Shown piece by piece: positions 20,102 to 28,454 of a stretch of 64,000 nt of DNA (position 1 is the stretch's first letter; the number at the start of each line of letters is the position of its first letter). The stretch is from positions 1 to 64,000 of the IMG/VR virus record IMGVR_UViG_3300001517_000002; one strand, written 5' to 3'. This DNA comes from a virus. Taxonomy: Duplodnaviria; Caudoviricetes. Both the position numbers and the translations under genes were made by a program. The notes under the pieces were generated by a model. It had not been told where the DNA came from. It did not search any database and saw only the letters and a list, made by a program, of their open reading frames with translations.

Positions 20102-20366
20102 AGATATATGTGCTGGTGTTGGACTTGTCGTACTTGTGATACTTGTAACTGCGCTTGGCGTGTGGTTAATTAGAGAAATAGTAAATTGGCTGATAGATAA
20201 ACTCTTTAGGTGTAAACATAAATGGGAGTTTTCCGATTGTGGCAGTTATGGTTGTATGTCAGATTACATTGAGCTACAGTGCAAGAAATGCGGAGAGATA
20301 AAACATATCGAATGTGATATAGACACAACAAAATGGGACATTGAATATATAGGAGGAACTGATTAA
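20094..20366 (+). CDS. Membrane-anchored Cys/His (zinc-ribbon-like) protein
   Basis: N-terminal TM helix, CKHKW...CKKCG. Confidence 0.6.
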   Translation: MFKDICAGVGLVVLVILVTALGVWLIREIVNWLIDKLFRCKHKWEFSDCGSYGCMSDYIELQCKKCGEIKHIECDIDTTKWDIEYIGGTD

Positions 20367-20370
20367 AGAA

Positions 20371-21024
20371 ATGGAACTTAATACAATAATTAATGACAAC
20401 TGTATGAATGTAATGCCGACTATGGCAGACAATAGCGTTAATCTTACATTAACCGATATTCCCTATGGAGAGGTAAATAGGGCAGACAACGGTCTGAGAA
20501 CTCTCTCGAAGGGGGGGGCAGACGTAATGACATTTGATATAGATTCTTTTCTCGAAGAACTATATCGAGTTACGAGCGGTACTATTATTATATTCTGTGG
20601 CAAACAGCAAATGAGTAATATACACAAATTTTTCCAAGACAAACAGGACAAACACAAGGGTACAGTAAGGCAACTTATATGGCGCAAGACTAATCCGAGT
20701 CCAATGAACGGTCAAAATATTTATCTTTCTGGTATTGAAAATGCTGTTTGGTTTAAGAAGCGTGGTGGTACTTTTAATGCACACTGTAAAAATACAGTAT
20801 TCGATTATCCTTGTGGTAGAAGCAAGATTCATCCTACTGAAAAGAATCACGACTTACTTAAAGAACTTATACTTGACAATAGTAATGAGGGCGATATTGT
20901 ATTTGACCCTTGCTGTGGTAGCGGTTCTCATTGTCTGGTAGCTAAAGAAAATAATAGACAGTACATAGGAATTGAGTTAAATGCAGAATGGTATAAAATT
21001 GCCAAAGAAAGAGCAAATAATTAA
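20371..21024 (+). CDS. Second orphan DNA methyltransferase (N6-A/N4-C, beta class)
   Basis: TDIPY, HPTEK, VFDPCCGSGS, YIGIE motifs. Confidence 0.9.
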   Translation: MELNTIINDNCMNVMPTMADNSVNLTLTDIPYGEVNRADNGLRTLSKGGADVMTFDIDSFLEELYRVTSGTIIIFCGKQQMSNIHKFFQDKQDKHKGTVRQLIWRKTNPSPMNGQNIYLSGIENAVWFKKRGGTFNAHCKNTVFDYPCGRSKIHPTEKNHDLLKELILDNSNEGDIVFDPCCGSGSHCLVAKENNRQYIGIELNAEWYKIAKERANN

Positions 21025-21043
21025 AAAACATAGGAGTACATAA

Positions 21044-21271
21044 ATGGGTAAGTGCTTTGAATTTGATTGCAAACTATTTGGTAGAATGTCAGAGTGTCAA
21101 AAACTATCTGACCCCTATAACACTTTTACTTGTGGCGAGTGCAAATATTATCAAGTAAGTAAATGTCTTATATGTAAGACACCCTTAAAACATACAATAT
21201 TCCCTTTTATCCCATTAACAATAAATGAATGTATAAAACTGCATGAAAATAAAAAAGGAGAACCTGTATAA
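21044..21271 (+). CDS. Cys-rich hypothetical protein
   Basis: AGGAG RBS, multiple Cys pairs. Confidence 0.55.
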   Translation: MGKCFEFDCKLFGRMSECQKLSDPYNTFTCGECKYYQVSKCLICKTPLKHTIFPFIPLTINECIKLHENKKGEPV

Positions 21272-21274
21272 AAT

Positions 21275-21366
21275 ATACTTTTTGCACTTGACAAAGTACA
21301 AAAAGTATGGTATAATATAAATATGGAGTTAAACGATATTTTTTTAGCTCCACAAAGTACAAAATG
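21275..21366 (+). promoter_or_regulatory. SigA-type promoter P3 with palindromic operator and downstream motif copy
   Basis: TTGACA 21288-21293, 17-bp spacer, TGn-TATAAT 21311-21316. Inverted repeat 21275-21308. Motif copy at 21352. Confidence 0.9.
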
Positions 21367-21383
21367 TATATAAGAAAGGAAAG

Positions 21384-22100
21384 GTGATTGATATGAATTT
21401 TAATATTCATAAGTACCGAAGCTCACTCGCAAGAGGAGCAAGTGCATTAGCATTAACACTTTTATTATTCTGCGGAACAGGCTGCCACAATAATAAAAGC
21501 ACAGACTCAAAAGCAAATCAGCCCACAACAGAGGTAACTACAGAATGTACAACGACTACAATTACTTCTACTGTCTCCTCTACGACAACTACTACGACAA
21601 CGACAACTACTACGGTAATGACAACTTCGAGGACAGAGACAGCAGAAGTGACAACGAACCAGACGATTGTTGTTGTGACTGAAACTGAGCCAGTATATAT
21701 ATCAGAGCCAGTCACAGAACCAACCTATACAGAGCCAGTATACGAACAGACCAGTAGCTTGCCTATATCAGACTATGAAAAAATACTACTTAGAAATGTT
21801 GTTGCAAGCGAGTATGGTAGCGATTATCATGGTTATGGTGGCGCACCCGTAACACCATATGAAAGGGCTTGTGTAGTGGCGGTAGTAATGAACAGGGTTA
21901 ACAGTCCCAATTTCCCCAATACAATTGAAGGGGTTCTCACTCAGCCCAGACAATTCAGTGGATATTACGCTTGCAACTATGAATGGGAAACCGTAACAGA
22001 TAATGTAAGAGCTGGTGTTGATTATTATTTTGAACACCCAGACGAATTTGGTAATTGGCTCTCTTTTGAGGGAGATGGAAGATACAATTATTTCAGTTAA
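21384..22100 (+). CDS. Lipoprotein with Thr-rich linker and SleB/Hydrolase_2-like cell wall hydrolase domain
   Basis: Lipobox-like GTGC, poly-Thr linker, VASE...AVVMNRVNSPNFPNTIEGVLTQPRQFS. Confidence 0.8.
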   Translation: MIDMNFNIHKYRSSLARGASALALTLLLFCGTGCHNNKSTDSKANQPTTEVTTECTTTTITSTVSSTTTTTTTTTTTVMTTSRTETAEVTTNQTIVVVTETEPVYISEPVTEPTYTEPVYEQTSSLPISDYEKILLRNVVASEYGSDYHGYGGAPVTPYERACVVAVVMNRVNSPNFPNTIEGVLTQPRQFSGYYACNYEWETVTDNVRAGVDYYFEHPDEFGNWLSFEGDGRYNYFS

Positions 22101-22138
22101 ATAGTATTCCCCAACAATTCCGTTGGGGAGAGAAAGGA

Positions 22139-22612
22139 ATGACAATGAGCAACACCCAATACAGTTATAAGGCTCGTGCGTTAGCGGAGCTTTCAAATAA
22201 TATCATAAATATGAATAGCAAAAATGCAATGCAGACTACGAAAACCAGACAGATGACAAAAGAGGAAATGGAACAGATATTTGGTGATAATCCAGATTAT
22301 ATTAAAACTATTAGTTCGACTGAAGATAAACATGAATGGTTATTAGCAAATTGGTTTTTATTAGATAACAAAGATAAGGTCTATGACTTTATCAATTGTA
22401 TTTCTAAATGCAAGAAAGATGTTTTTATTGTAGATGGTGGAAAGGATTTGGTGGCACAGTATTTCAAAACTGTCCATTTTAAAGAACCAATTTTTGTTAA
22501 ATATGATAACATTGATAAGGACACTATTATGTCCTATCTTGGTGAATATATAACTGGCGCACCTGTAAAGGAAATGGCAAACGAATATAAGGAGTTTGGT
22601 AATGAAGGTTGA
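22139..22612 (+). CDS. Hypothetical protein
   Basis: ORF with RBS. Confidence 0.55.
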   Translation: MTMSNTQYSYKARALAELSNNIINMNSKNAMQTTKTRQMTKEEMEQIFGDNPDYIKTISSTEDKHEWLLANWFLLDNKDKVYDFINCISKCKKDVFIVDGGKDLVAQYFKTVHFKEPIFVKYDNIDKDTIMSYLGEYITGAPVKEMANEYKEFGNEG

Positions 22613-24191
22613 ATTAGTAAGATATACAGATAATCCCCATGAAGCCATAGAACTTGCTGCAAGTAATTGTTATGATAGTACGCCAAACGGTAAGATAATG
22701 AACGCCTGTTACCAAAGTGGTCATCATTCGGTTTTAGAATTTGCACAATTTCATTTTCATATTGAAGGTATATCAAGAGCCTGTTCGCATCAGCTTGTAA
22801 GACATAGAACATCGTCTTTTGCACAAAAATCTCAAAGATATGTTTCGTGTTATGGAAAGGGATTTCCAGAACTACCCACAGGTGATATTAAATCGCATAA
22901 AGGTCAGAGGTTCTTTGATAACCAAGAACAATTTCTTGCCAACTTGTATTGTCAAGAGGGATATTCAACAAATGATTTGTCCAAGATTTATGGTGGAGAT
23001 TCAAGTACCATTTTTCATATTATTAACAAATATACACAAACCAGAACTATATCAGAAACAAAAGGTATTAATAAAAATTATTTTGAAGTAATTGATAATA
23101 CAACTAAAGCGTATATACTTGGTATGTTGTATAGTGACGGATGTTTATCAATTAAAAAAAATGGTTTGAAACAAATAATATTAGACCAGCTTGCCAATGA
23201 GGAACTTCTTTTGTTAAATATTATACGAGAAATTAAACCTAATGGCAATGTTACGAAATCAGGACACAACTCAATGGTAAGAATATCAATTCAAGATAAT
23301 GATTTATGTACCGACCTTGAAGATTATGGTATTGTTCCGCACAAGGGTATTTGTGTTAATTTTAATCAAATTAATGAACAAGTTCCCTCCATGTACATTA
23401 AAGATGTTATTAGGGGAATCTTTGAGGGAGATGGTCATATCTCGGTTAAATATAACACTAACGGAGAAATCAATGATGCCAGATTTAGTATAGCTGGAAC
23501 ATTAGATACTTGTGAATCTATTCAAAAATATTTAATAGAAAATTTGAAATTATCACAAACAAAAATATCACATATTACAAACAAGTGCTATCAGCTTACA
23601 TATGGAGGCAGACAACAAGTTATTAAAATTATTGAATGGTTATATGATAATGTTAATTTTAATTTTATTCACACTCGCAAGGCAGAAACGATTTTTAAAC
23701 TTTGTCCTATAATAAAACAGAAATATATTAAAGAAATACGCAAAATAGTAGAACAAAAGTATTCAGCTATCATTCCTTATTCTATTGCTAAAAATATCAA
23801 AGCAACTAATAAATATATTTTAGCCCTTGAAAACATTAAGTCTTGTTATCAAGATTTACAGAGACTTTTTGCAATAGATGGCATATTGGGAGAAAAAGCA
23901 AATGAAGATATTCGATTTATACTTCCAAATGCGTGTTGCACTTCAATTGATGTATCTATGGATTTTCGTAATCTTTGTCATTTTATGAATGAAAGATTAT
24001 GTACAAGGGCGCAATGGGAGATAAGAGAGGTCGCAAATCAAATGAGAAAGTGCGTTATCGAAGTTTTTCCAGAAGCTCAAAAAATGCTTGTTCCGAAATG
24101 TGAAACTCATAATATTCCATATTGTCCAGAGTATAAAGGTTGCGGCAAGCATAAACCACTCAAAGAAATTGTAAAGGAGGAATACAGATAG
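22602..24191 (+). CDS. thyX: FAD-dependent thymidylate synthase with in-frame LAGLIDADG insertion
   Basis: GHHSVLEF, SHQLVRHR-x7-SQRY, EDIRFILPNA, ERLCTRAQWEIR. About 300 aa insert after SQRYVS. Confidence 0.92.
   Translation: MKVELVRYTDNPHEAIELAASNCYDSTPNGKIMNACYQSGHHSVLEFAQFHFHIEGISRACSHQLVRHRTSSFAQKSQRYVSCYGKGFPELPTGDIKSHKGQRFFDNQEQFLANLYCQEGYSTNDLSKIYGGDSSTIFHIINKYTQTRTISETKGINKNYFEVIDNTTKAYILGMLYSDGCLSIKKNGLKQIILDQLANEELLLLNIIREIKPNGNVTKSGHNSMVRISIQDNDLCTDLEDYGIVPHKGICVNFNQINEQVPSMYIKDVIRGIFEGDGHISVKYNTNGEINDARFSIAGTLDTCESIQKYLIENLKLSQTKISHITNKCYQLTYGGRQQVIKIIEWLYDNVNFNFIHTRKAETIFKLCPIIKQKYIKEIRKIVEQKYSAIIPYSIAKNIKATNKYILALENIKSCYQDLQRLFAIDGILGEKANEDIRFILPNACCTSIDVSMDFRNLCHFMNERLCTRAQWEIREVANQMRKCVIEVFPEAQKMLVPKCETHNIPYCPEYKGCGKHKPLKEIVKEEYR
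22848..23755 (+). mobile_element. LAGLIDADG homing endonuclease domain (HTH plus two motifs) within thyX; boundaries approximate
   Basis: AYILGMLYSDG (~23109) and VIRGIFEGDG (~23406); preceding HTH-like YSTNDLSKIYGGDSSTIFHII. Confidence 0.85.
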
Positions 24192-24734
24192 ATGAGGAAA
24201 CCATTAATCTGTTTACTTGGTACTTCGGGTTCTGGTAAATCAACCATTGCGAACAAGCTTGAACGCAAATATGGTTATATCTCATTGAAGTCATATACAA
24301 CAAGAGCGATGAGAAATGACCCTAATGATGCACTAACTCATACCTTTATATCCCCCGATAGAGTATCAGAATTTAAAAATGACATTATAGTAGATACAAC
24401 ATTTAATGGTGCGTATTACTTTGCAACTCAAAAACAGCTTGATACATCAGATACTTATATCGTTGACAAAAAGGGATTAATAGAACTTAAAAAGAAGTAT
24501 CATAATAGAGAAATTATTTCAATATATCTTGACGTTTCTCCTGAGATTGTTGCCAAGCGTATGGAGCAACGTGGAGATAGCGATGAAGTTATAATGAAAA
24601 GACTCCAACATGATGCAGAAGCATTTGAGGGAACGAAAGAACTTTGCGATTTCATATGTCCAAACAACAATCAAGACCAGCAGTATGATATTGTAGAGTT
24701 TATCCACAAGTTAATCGAATACAAGGCGGTGTGA
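24192..24734 (+). CDS. Guanylate kinase-like nucleotide kinase
   Basis: GTSGSGKST P-loop, SYTTRAMR, RMEQRGD. Confidence 0.8.
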   Translation: MRKPLICLLGTSGSGKSTIANKLERKYGYISLKSYTTRAMRNDPNDALTHTFISPDRVSEFKNDIIVDTTFNGAYYFATQKQLDTSDTYIVDKKGLIELKKKYHNREIISIYLDVSPEIVAKRMEQRGDSDEVIMKRLQHDAEAFEGTKELCDFICPNNNQDQQYDIVEFIHKLIEYKAV

Positions 24735-24943
24735 CAATTATTAAGGTTTATGTTAGTCCTGTTTTGAATAGCAAAACAGTAGAATTATTAGGATTTCTTG
24801 ATGATAAAGAAGTAACATACGAAGTAGAACAGGTTTCTTCTGGCTGGGCTTTCGTACATAAAGTTAAATCCTTGCCAGTAGTCGAGATAGATGGAGAAAT
24901 AATTCCAATGAAGAAGATAATGAAACGGTTGAAGAAGGGGTGA
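24731..24943 (+). CDS. Glutaredoxin-fold protein lacking cysteines
   Basis: SLPVVEIDG cis-Pro motif; no Cys in the sequence. Confidence 0.55.
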   Translation: MTIIKVYVSPVLNSKTVELLGFLDDKEVTYEVEQVSSGWAFVHKVKSLPVVEIDGEIIPMKKIMKRLKKG

Positions 24944-25164
24944 TTGATATGACCATGACCTTATTTACAATAGATTGCCCTAATTGTAAGAGGCTTGAAG
25001 CAAAGCTTATTTCATTTGGCTTTCAGTTTTCAATTTGTAAAGATAAAAATATAATGGCAGAACGAGGAATGACCCATTTACCCATACTTGTTGTAGATGG
25101 AAATGAAATGGGTTTTAAAGAAGCAATAAAATGGATTAACGACCAAAGAAAGGGGACGATATAA
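24940..25164 (+). CDS. NrdH/glutaredoxin-like redoxin
   Basis: CPNC, HLPILVVDG; immediately upstream of nrdD. Confidence 0.8.
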   Translation: MIDMTMTLFTIDCPNCKRLEAKLISFGFQFSICKDKNIMAERGMTHLPILVVDGNEMGFKEAIKWINDQRKGTI

Positions 25165-27018
25165 ATGTACGCAGAAAAATATGAAAAATATCGTAACAAG
25201 ATTGATTTTATAAACAGTTATAGAACGGCAAAGAACGCAGCGACAGGTTCTAAGTATGATAGCAACGCAAATGTAGAACACAAAAATATATGTACCTGTG
25301 CAGGAGAGCTTGTAAAGGGTGATAAGATAGGTGTTAACCGTTTGCTTATGATAGATAAGATAACAGAGATGTGGGGTAAAGAACTCGCTGATGAATATAT
25401 AAGACAGCTTGAATCTCATGAAATTTACAAACATGATGAAACCAACATATCACCGTACTGCGTTGCTATAACAATGTACCCTTTTCTTCTTAATGGTTTA
25501 AGAGAGCTTGGCGGTGTTTCAAAAGCTCCCAAACATATTGAATCCTTTTGTGGTGAGTTTATTAATCTTGTTTATGCCATAGCCGCTCAATTTGCTGGTG
25601 CGGTAGCAACCCCCGAAGTTCTTCTTTATATGGACTATTTTATAAGAAAAGATTACGGAGATGATTACATAAATCATCTTGACGAATATGTTACCCCACC
25701 CTTTGCGAAGAATCCCAAGACACTCAGACAGTTAATTGAAGGGTATTTCCAGCAGATAGTTCACAGCATTAACCAGCCAGCGGCAGCAAGAGATTATCAG
25801 TCCTGTTTTTGGAACGTATCTTATTTTGATAAGCCTTATTTTGAAGGTATGTTTGGAGAGTTCCTTTTTCCTGATGAAACAGAACCCACATGGGAAACAT
25901 TTAATTGGTTACAGAAACACTTTATGATTTGGGTTAATACCGAAAGATTACACTATGACCTTTCTTTCCCTGTTGAAACTGTTAATCTTCTTAATGATGG
26001 GAGAGAAGATTTTGTTGACGAAGATTGGGGCGATTTTCAAGCAGAAATGTACTCGAAGGGTGCTTGGTTCTTCACATATTCGAGTAATACAGTTGATAGT
26101 CTTAGTTCATGTTGTCGCCTGAGAAATGAGGTAAATGAAAACACATTTAGTTTTACTCTCGGTGCAGGAGGTGTATCAACAGGCTCTAAGGGAGTAATGA
26201 CTATTAACATAAATAGGCTCGTGCAGAACGCTGTGCGTGATGGCAAAGACATCTCCGAAGCTGTCAGAGAACAGGTCAAAAAAGTTCACAAATACCTTGC
26301 AGCTTATAACGAAATAGTGTGGGATAACTTCAAGGCGAATATGCTTACTGTTTACAAGGCTGGATTTATCGACCTCGACAAACAGTATCTCACCATTGGA
26401 ATCAACGGATTTGTTGAAGGTGCAGAGTTTCTTGGTATTGAAATCTCTCCTAATGATGCTTATTTTGAATACGGTGAAAAGGTATTAAAGCCTATCTATG
26501 AAGAAAACAAAAAGGCAAAAACAGAACATTTAATGTTTAACACAGAGTTCGTTCCTGCTGAGAATCTGGGCGTAAAGAACGCCAAATGGGATAAGGAAGA
26601 TGGATATGTAGTTCCAAGAGATTGCTACAACAGTTACTTCTATATAGTAGAAGATGAAGCAACTGACATTCTTTCAAAGTTTGAACTTCACGGAAAGAAG
26701 CTTACAAGGTATCTTGACGGTGGTAGCGCACAGCATAATAATCTTTCAGAACATCTTACAAAGGAACAGTATAAAGCCCTAAACAAAAAGGCTATTAAGG
26801 AAGGTTGTTCATATTGGACGTATAATGTCAAGAACACAGTATGCAATAAATGTGATTATCGTTCTAAACATACACTTGATATTTGTCCTCGCTGCGGAAG
26901 TCGTGACCTTGACTATATAACAAGAATCATAGGCTACACAAAGAGAATATCTTCTTTTGCAGAACCGAGACAAAAGGAAGAAGGTAGAAGATTCTATGGG
27001 AAGTATGCAAAAGCTTAA
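25165..27018 (+). CDS. nrdD: Anaerobic (class III) ribonucleotide reductase, no ATP cone
   Basis: IYKHD, SSCCRL active-site loop, VPAE, CNKC/CPRC zinc site, TRIIGY glycyl radical motif. Confidence 0.93.
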   Translation: MYAEKYEKYRNKIDFINSYRTAKNAATGSKYDSNANVEHKNICTCAGELVKGDKIGVNRLLMIDKITEMWGKELADEYIRQLESHEIYKHDETNISPYCVAITMYPFLLNGLRELGGVSKAPKHIESFCGEFINLVYAIAAQFAGAVATPEVLLYMDYFIRKDYGDDYINHLDEYVTPPFAKNPKTLRQLIEGYFQQIVHSINQPAAARDYQSCFWNVSYFDKPYFEGMFGEFLFPDETEPTWETFNWLQKHFMIWVNTERLHYDLSFPVETVNLLNDGREDFVDEDWGDFQAEMYSKGAWFFTYSSNTVDSLSSCCRLRNEVNENTFSFTLGAGGVSTGSKGVMTININRLVQNAVRDGKDISEAVREQVKKVHKYLAAYNEIVWDNFKANMLTVYKAGFIDLDKQYLTIGINGFVEGAEFLGIEISPNDAYFEYGEKVLKPIYEENKKAKTEHLMFNTEFVPAENLGVKNAKWDKEDGYVVPRDCYNSYFYIVEDEATDILSKFELHGKKLTRYLDGGSAQHNNLSEHLTKEQYKALNKKAIKEGCSYWTYNVKNTVCNKCDYRSKHTLDICPRCGSRDLDYITRIIGYTKRISSFAEPRQKEEGRRFYGKYAKA

Positions 27019-27463
27019 ATACCTTGGTCACTCCATAGTTTTTCAAGAAGTGCCAAATGAAATAAGTCTTGCTATAAATGTTAGTGGTTGCCCTTACAAA
27101 TGTAAGGGTTGCCACAGCTCTTATTTATGGGAATACAAAGGTAGATATGTCAGTGATGATATTGAAGCATTAATAAACGAACATGATGGCATTACTTGTG
27201 TATGTTTTATGGGTGGCGACCAGAACCCACAGGAGCTTAATAAGATAATAGATTATATCCATTCAAGGGGATTAAAAGTTTGTTTATATACTGGAACAGA
27301 CAGTATTCCCAAAGATATATTCCACTTAGATTATCTTAAAATAGGTCATTACTCAGAAAAACTTGGAGGGCTTGACAAATCAACAACAAATCAAAAATTT
27401 TATGTTGTACATGATGACAAAGAATACTTTGATATGACTATTATGTTTAGAAAGGAAATGTAA
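27005..27463 (+). CDS. nrdG: Class III RNR activase (radical SAM)
   Basis: GCPYKCKGCH CxxxCxxC; follows nrdD. Confidence 0.9.
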   Translation: MQKLKYLGHSIVFQEVPNEISLAINVSGCPYKCKGCHSSYLWEYKGRYVSDDIEALINEHDGITCVCFMGGDQNPQELNKIIDYIHSRGLKVCLYTGTDSIPKDIFHLDYLKIGHYSEKLGGLDKSTTNQKFYVVHDDKEYFDMTIMFRKEM

Positions 27464-27464
27464 A

Positions 27465-27662
27465 ATGCCGTTAAAGATAATAAAAAATCCTGACGAAAAT
27501 ATTTATAATGAAGTTACAGAAGCGGTAATGTCAAATGAGCGTTACTGCCCGTGTCGCCTTGAAAGAACTCCTGATACTCTTTGTCCTTGTAAAGAATTTA
27601 GAGAGCAAACTGAAATAGGAGAGTGCCATTGCGGACGCTTCTGTAAAATAGAGGAGAACTAA
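27465..27662 (+). CDS. Ferredoxin-thioredoxin reductase catalytic-subunit-like protein
   Basis: YCPCR...LCPCK...ECHCG: the CPC/CPC/CHC triad of the FTR catalytic family. Confidence 0.85.
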   Translation: MPLKIIKNPDENIYNEVTEAVMSNERYCPCRLERTPDTLCPCKEFREQTEIGECHCGRFCKIEEN

Positions 27663-27663
27663 T

Positions 27664-27912
27664 ATGTGCCGAGAGTGTAGACACAATCCTTGTGTTCCAG
27701 CTTGTCCAAATTACAACCCACCAGTTATATATGAATGTGATGGTTGTGGTGAAGCAATCTATGCTGGTGATAATGTTTATATTACAAGAGAGCATAAACA
27801 TTACTGTCACTACTGTTGCTATCAAACAACTGCACAACCACCAGAGCCAGATGAGGATTTGATATACGAAAGCTGGCGTGATAGAAAGTGGGAGCAAGAA
27901 CACGATGATTGA
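27664..27912 (+). CDS. Cys-rich small protein (metal-binding)
   Basis: CREC...CPN, CDGC, CHYCC. Confidence 0.65.
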   Translation: MCRECRHNPCVPACPNYNPPVIYECDGCGEAIYAGDNVYITREHKHYCHYCCYQTTAQPPEPDEDLIYESWRDRKWEQEHDD

Positions 27913-28102
27913 TGAAACAATTTGCAGTATATTTCCAATAGATAAAAATTATTATTTATGGTTAACACACACTTGCGAAAACGGTCAAGTATGGTATATC
28001 ACTTCTGATATATTAAGAACCGAGTACCAGTTATGGAAAAGAAATAAAAAAACATCAAGGAAAGCTGATAACCCAATAGAATTATATAAATACATTAAAT
28101 AA
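27905..28102 (+). CDS. Hypothetical protein
   Basis: ORF overlapping the upstream stop. Confidence 0.55.
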   Translation: MIDETICSIFPIDKNYYLWLTHTCENGQVWYITSDILRTEYQLWKRNKKTSRKADNPIELYKYIK

Positions 28103-28117
28103 TGGAGGAATAATAAA

Positions 28118-28441
28118 ATGGATATTAATACAGAGAAAGAACAGTGGAACAAGGAACTTGAAGCAACCAACAAGGAGCTTGAAAATCTTTTGACACACAA
28201 AAAGGAAGTTGAAAGCAAGATTAGGGAAATTGAAAAAGCTGAAAGGCAGAAGTTCATTGAAGAACGTGATAGAGAAGCTATTGCGATTATCAATGCTGCT
28301 AAAGCATTTAATGAGAAATATGGTATGGAAGTGATAATTCCATATAACGAGGAACTTGTCGCCAAGAGCGAAGATAAAAAGACCAATACTAATAAGGAGG
28401 ATAACTACAACAATTCTATATTCCCTTGGTGGATATTTTAA
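28118..28441 (+). CDS. Coiled-coil hypothetical protein
   Basis: GGAGG RBS. Confidence 0.65.
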   Translation: MDINTEKEQWNKELEATNKELENLLTHKKEVESKIREIEKAERQKFIEERDREAIAIINAAKAFNEKYGMEVIIPYNEELVAKSEDKKTNTNKEDNYNNSIFPWWIF

Positions 28442-28454
28442 AAGGAGCAATTAA

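Noticed and set aside
21540-21625. ACN-rich tandem repeats as a CRISPR-like or regulatory array
   Set aside because: They are the codons of the poly-Thr linker. No repeat-spacer structure was seen anywhere in the window.
22848-23275. Mini-intein from Cys (22848) to the internal GHN/S in thyX
   Set aside because: The HN/S lies between the two LAGLIDADG motifs. Splicing there would leave half the endonuclease inside ThyX, and no HINT blocks are visible.
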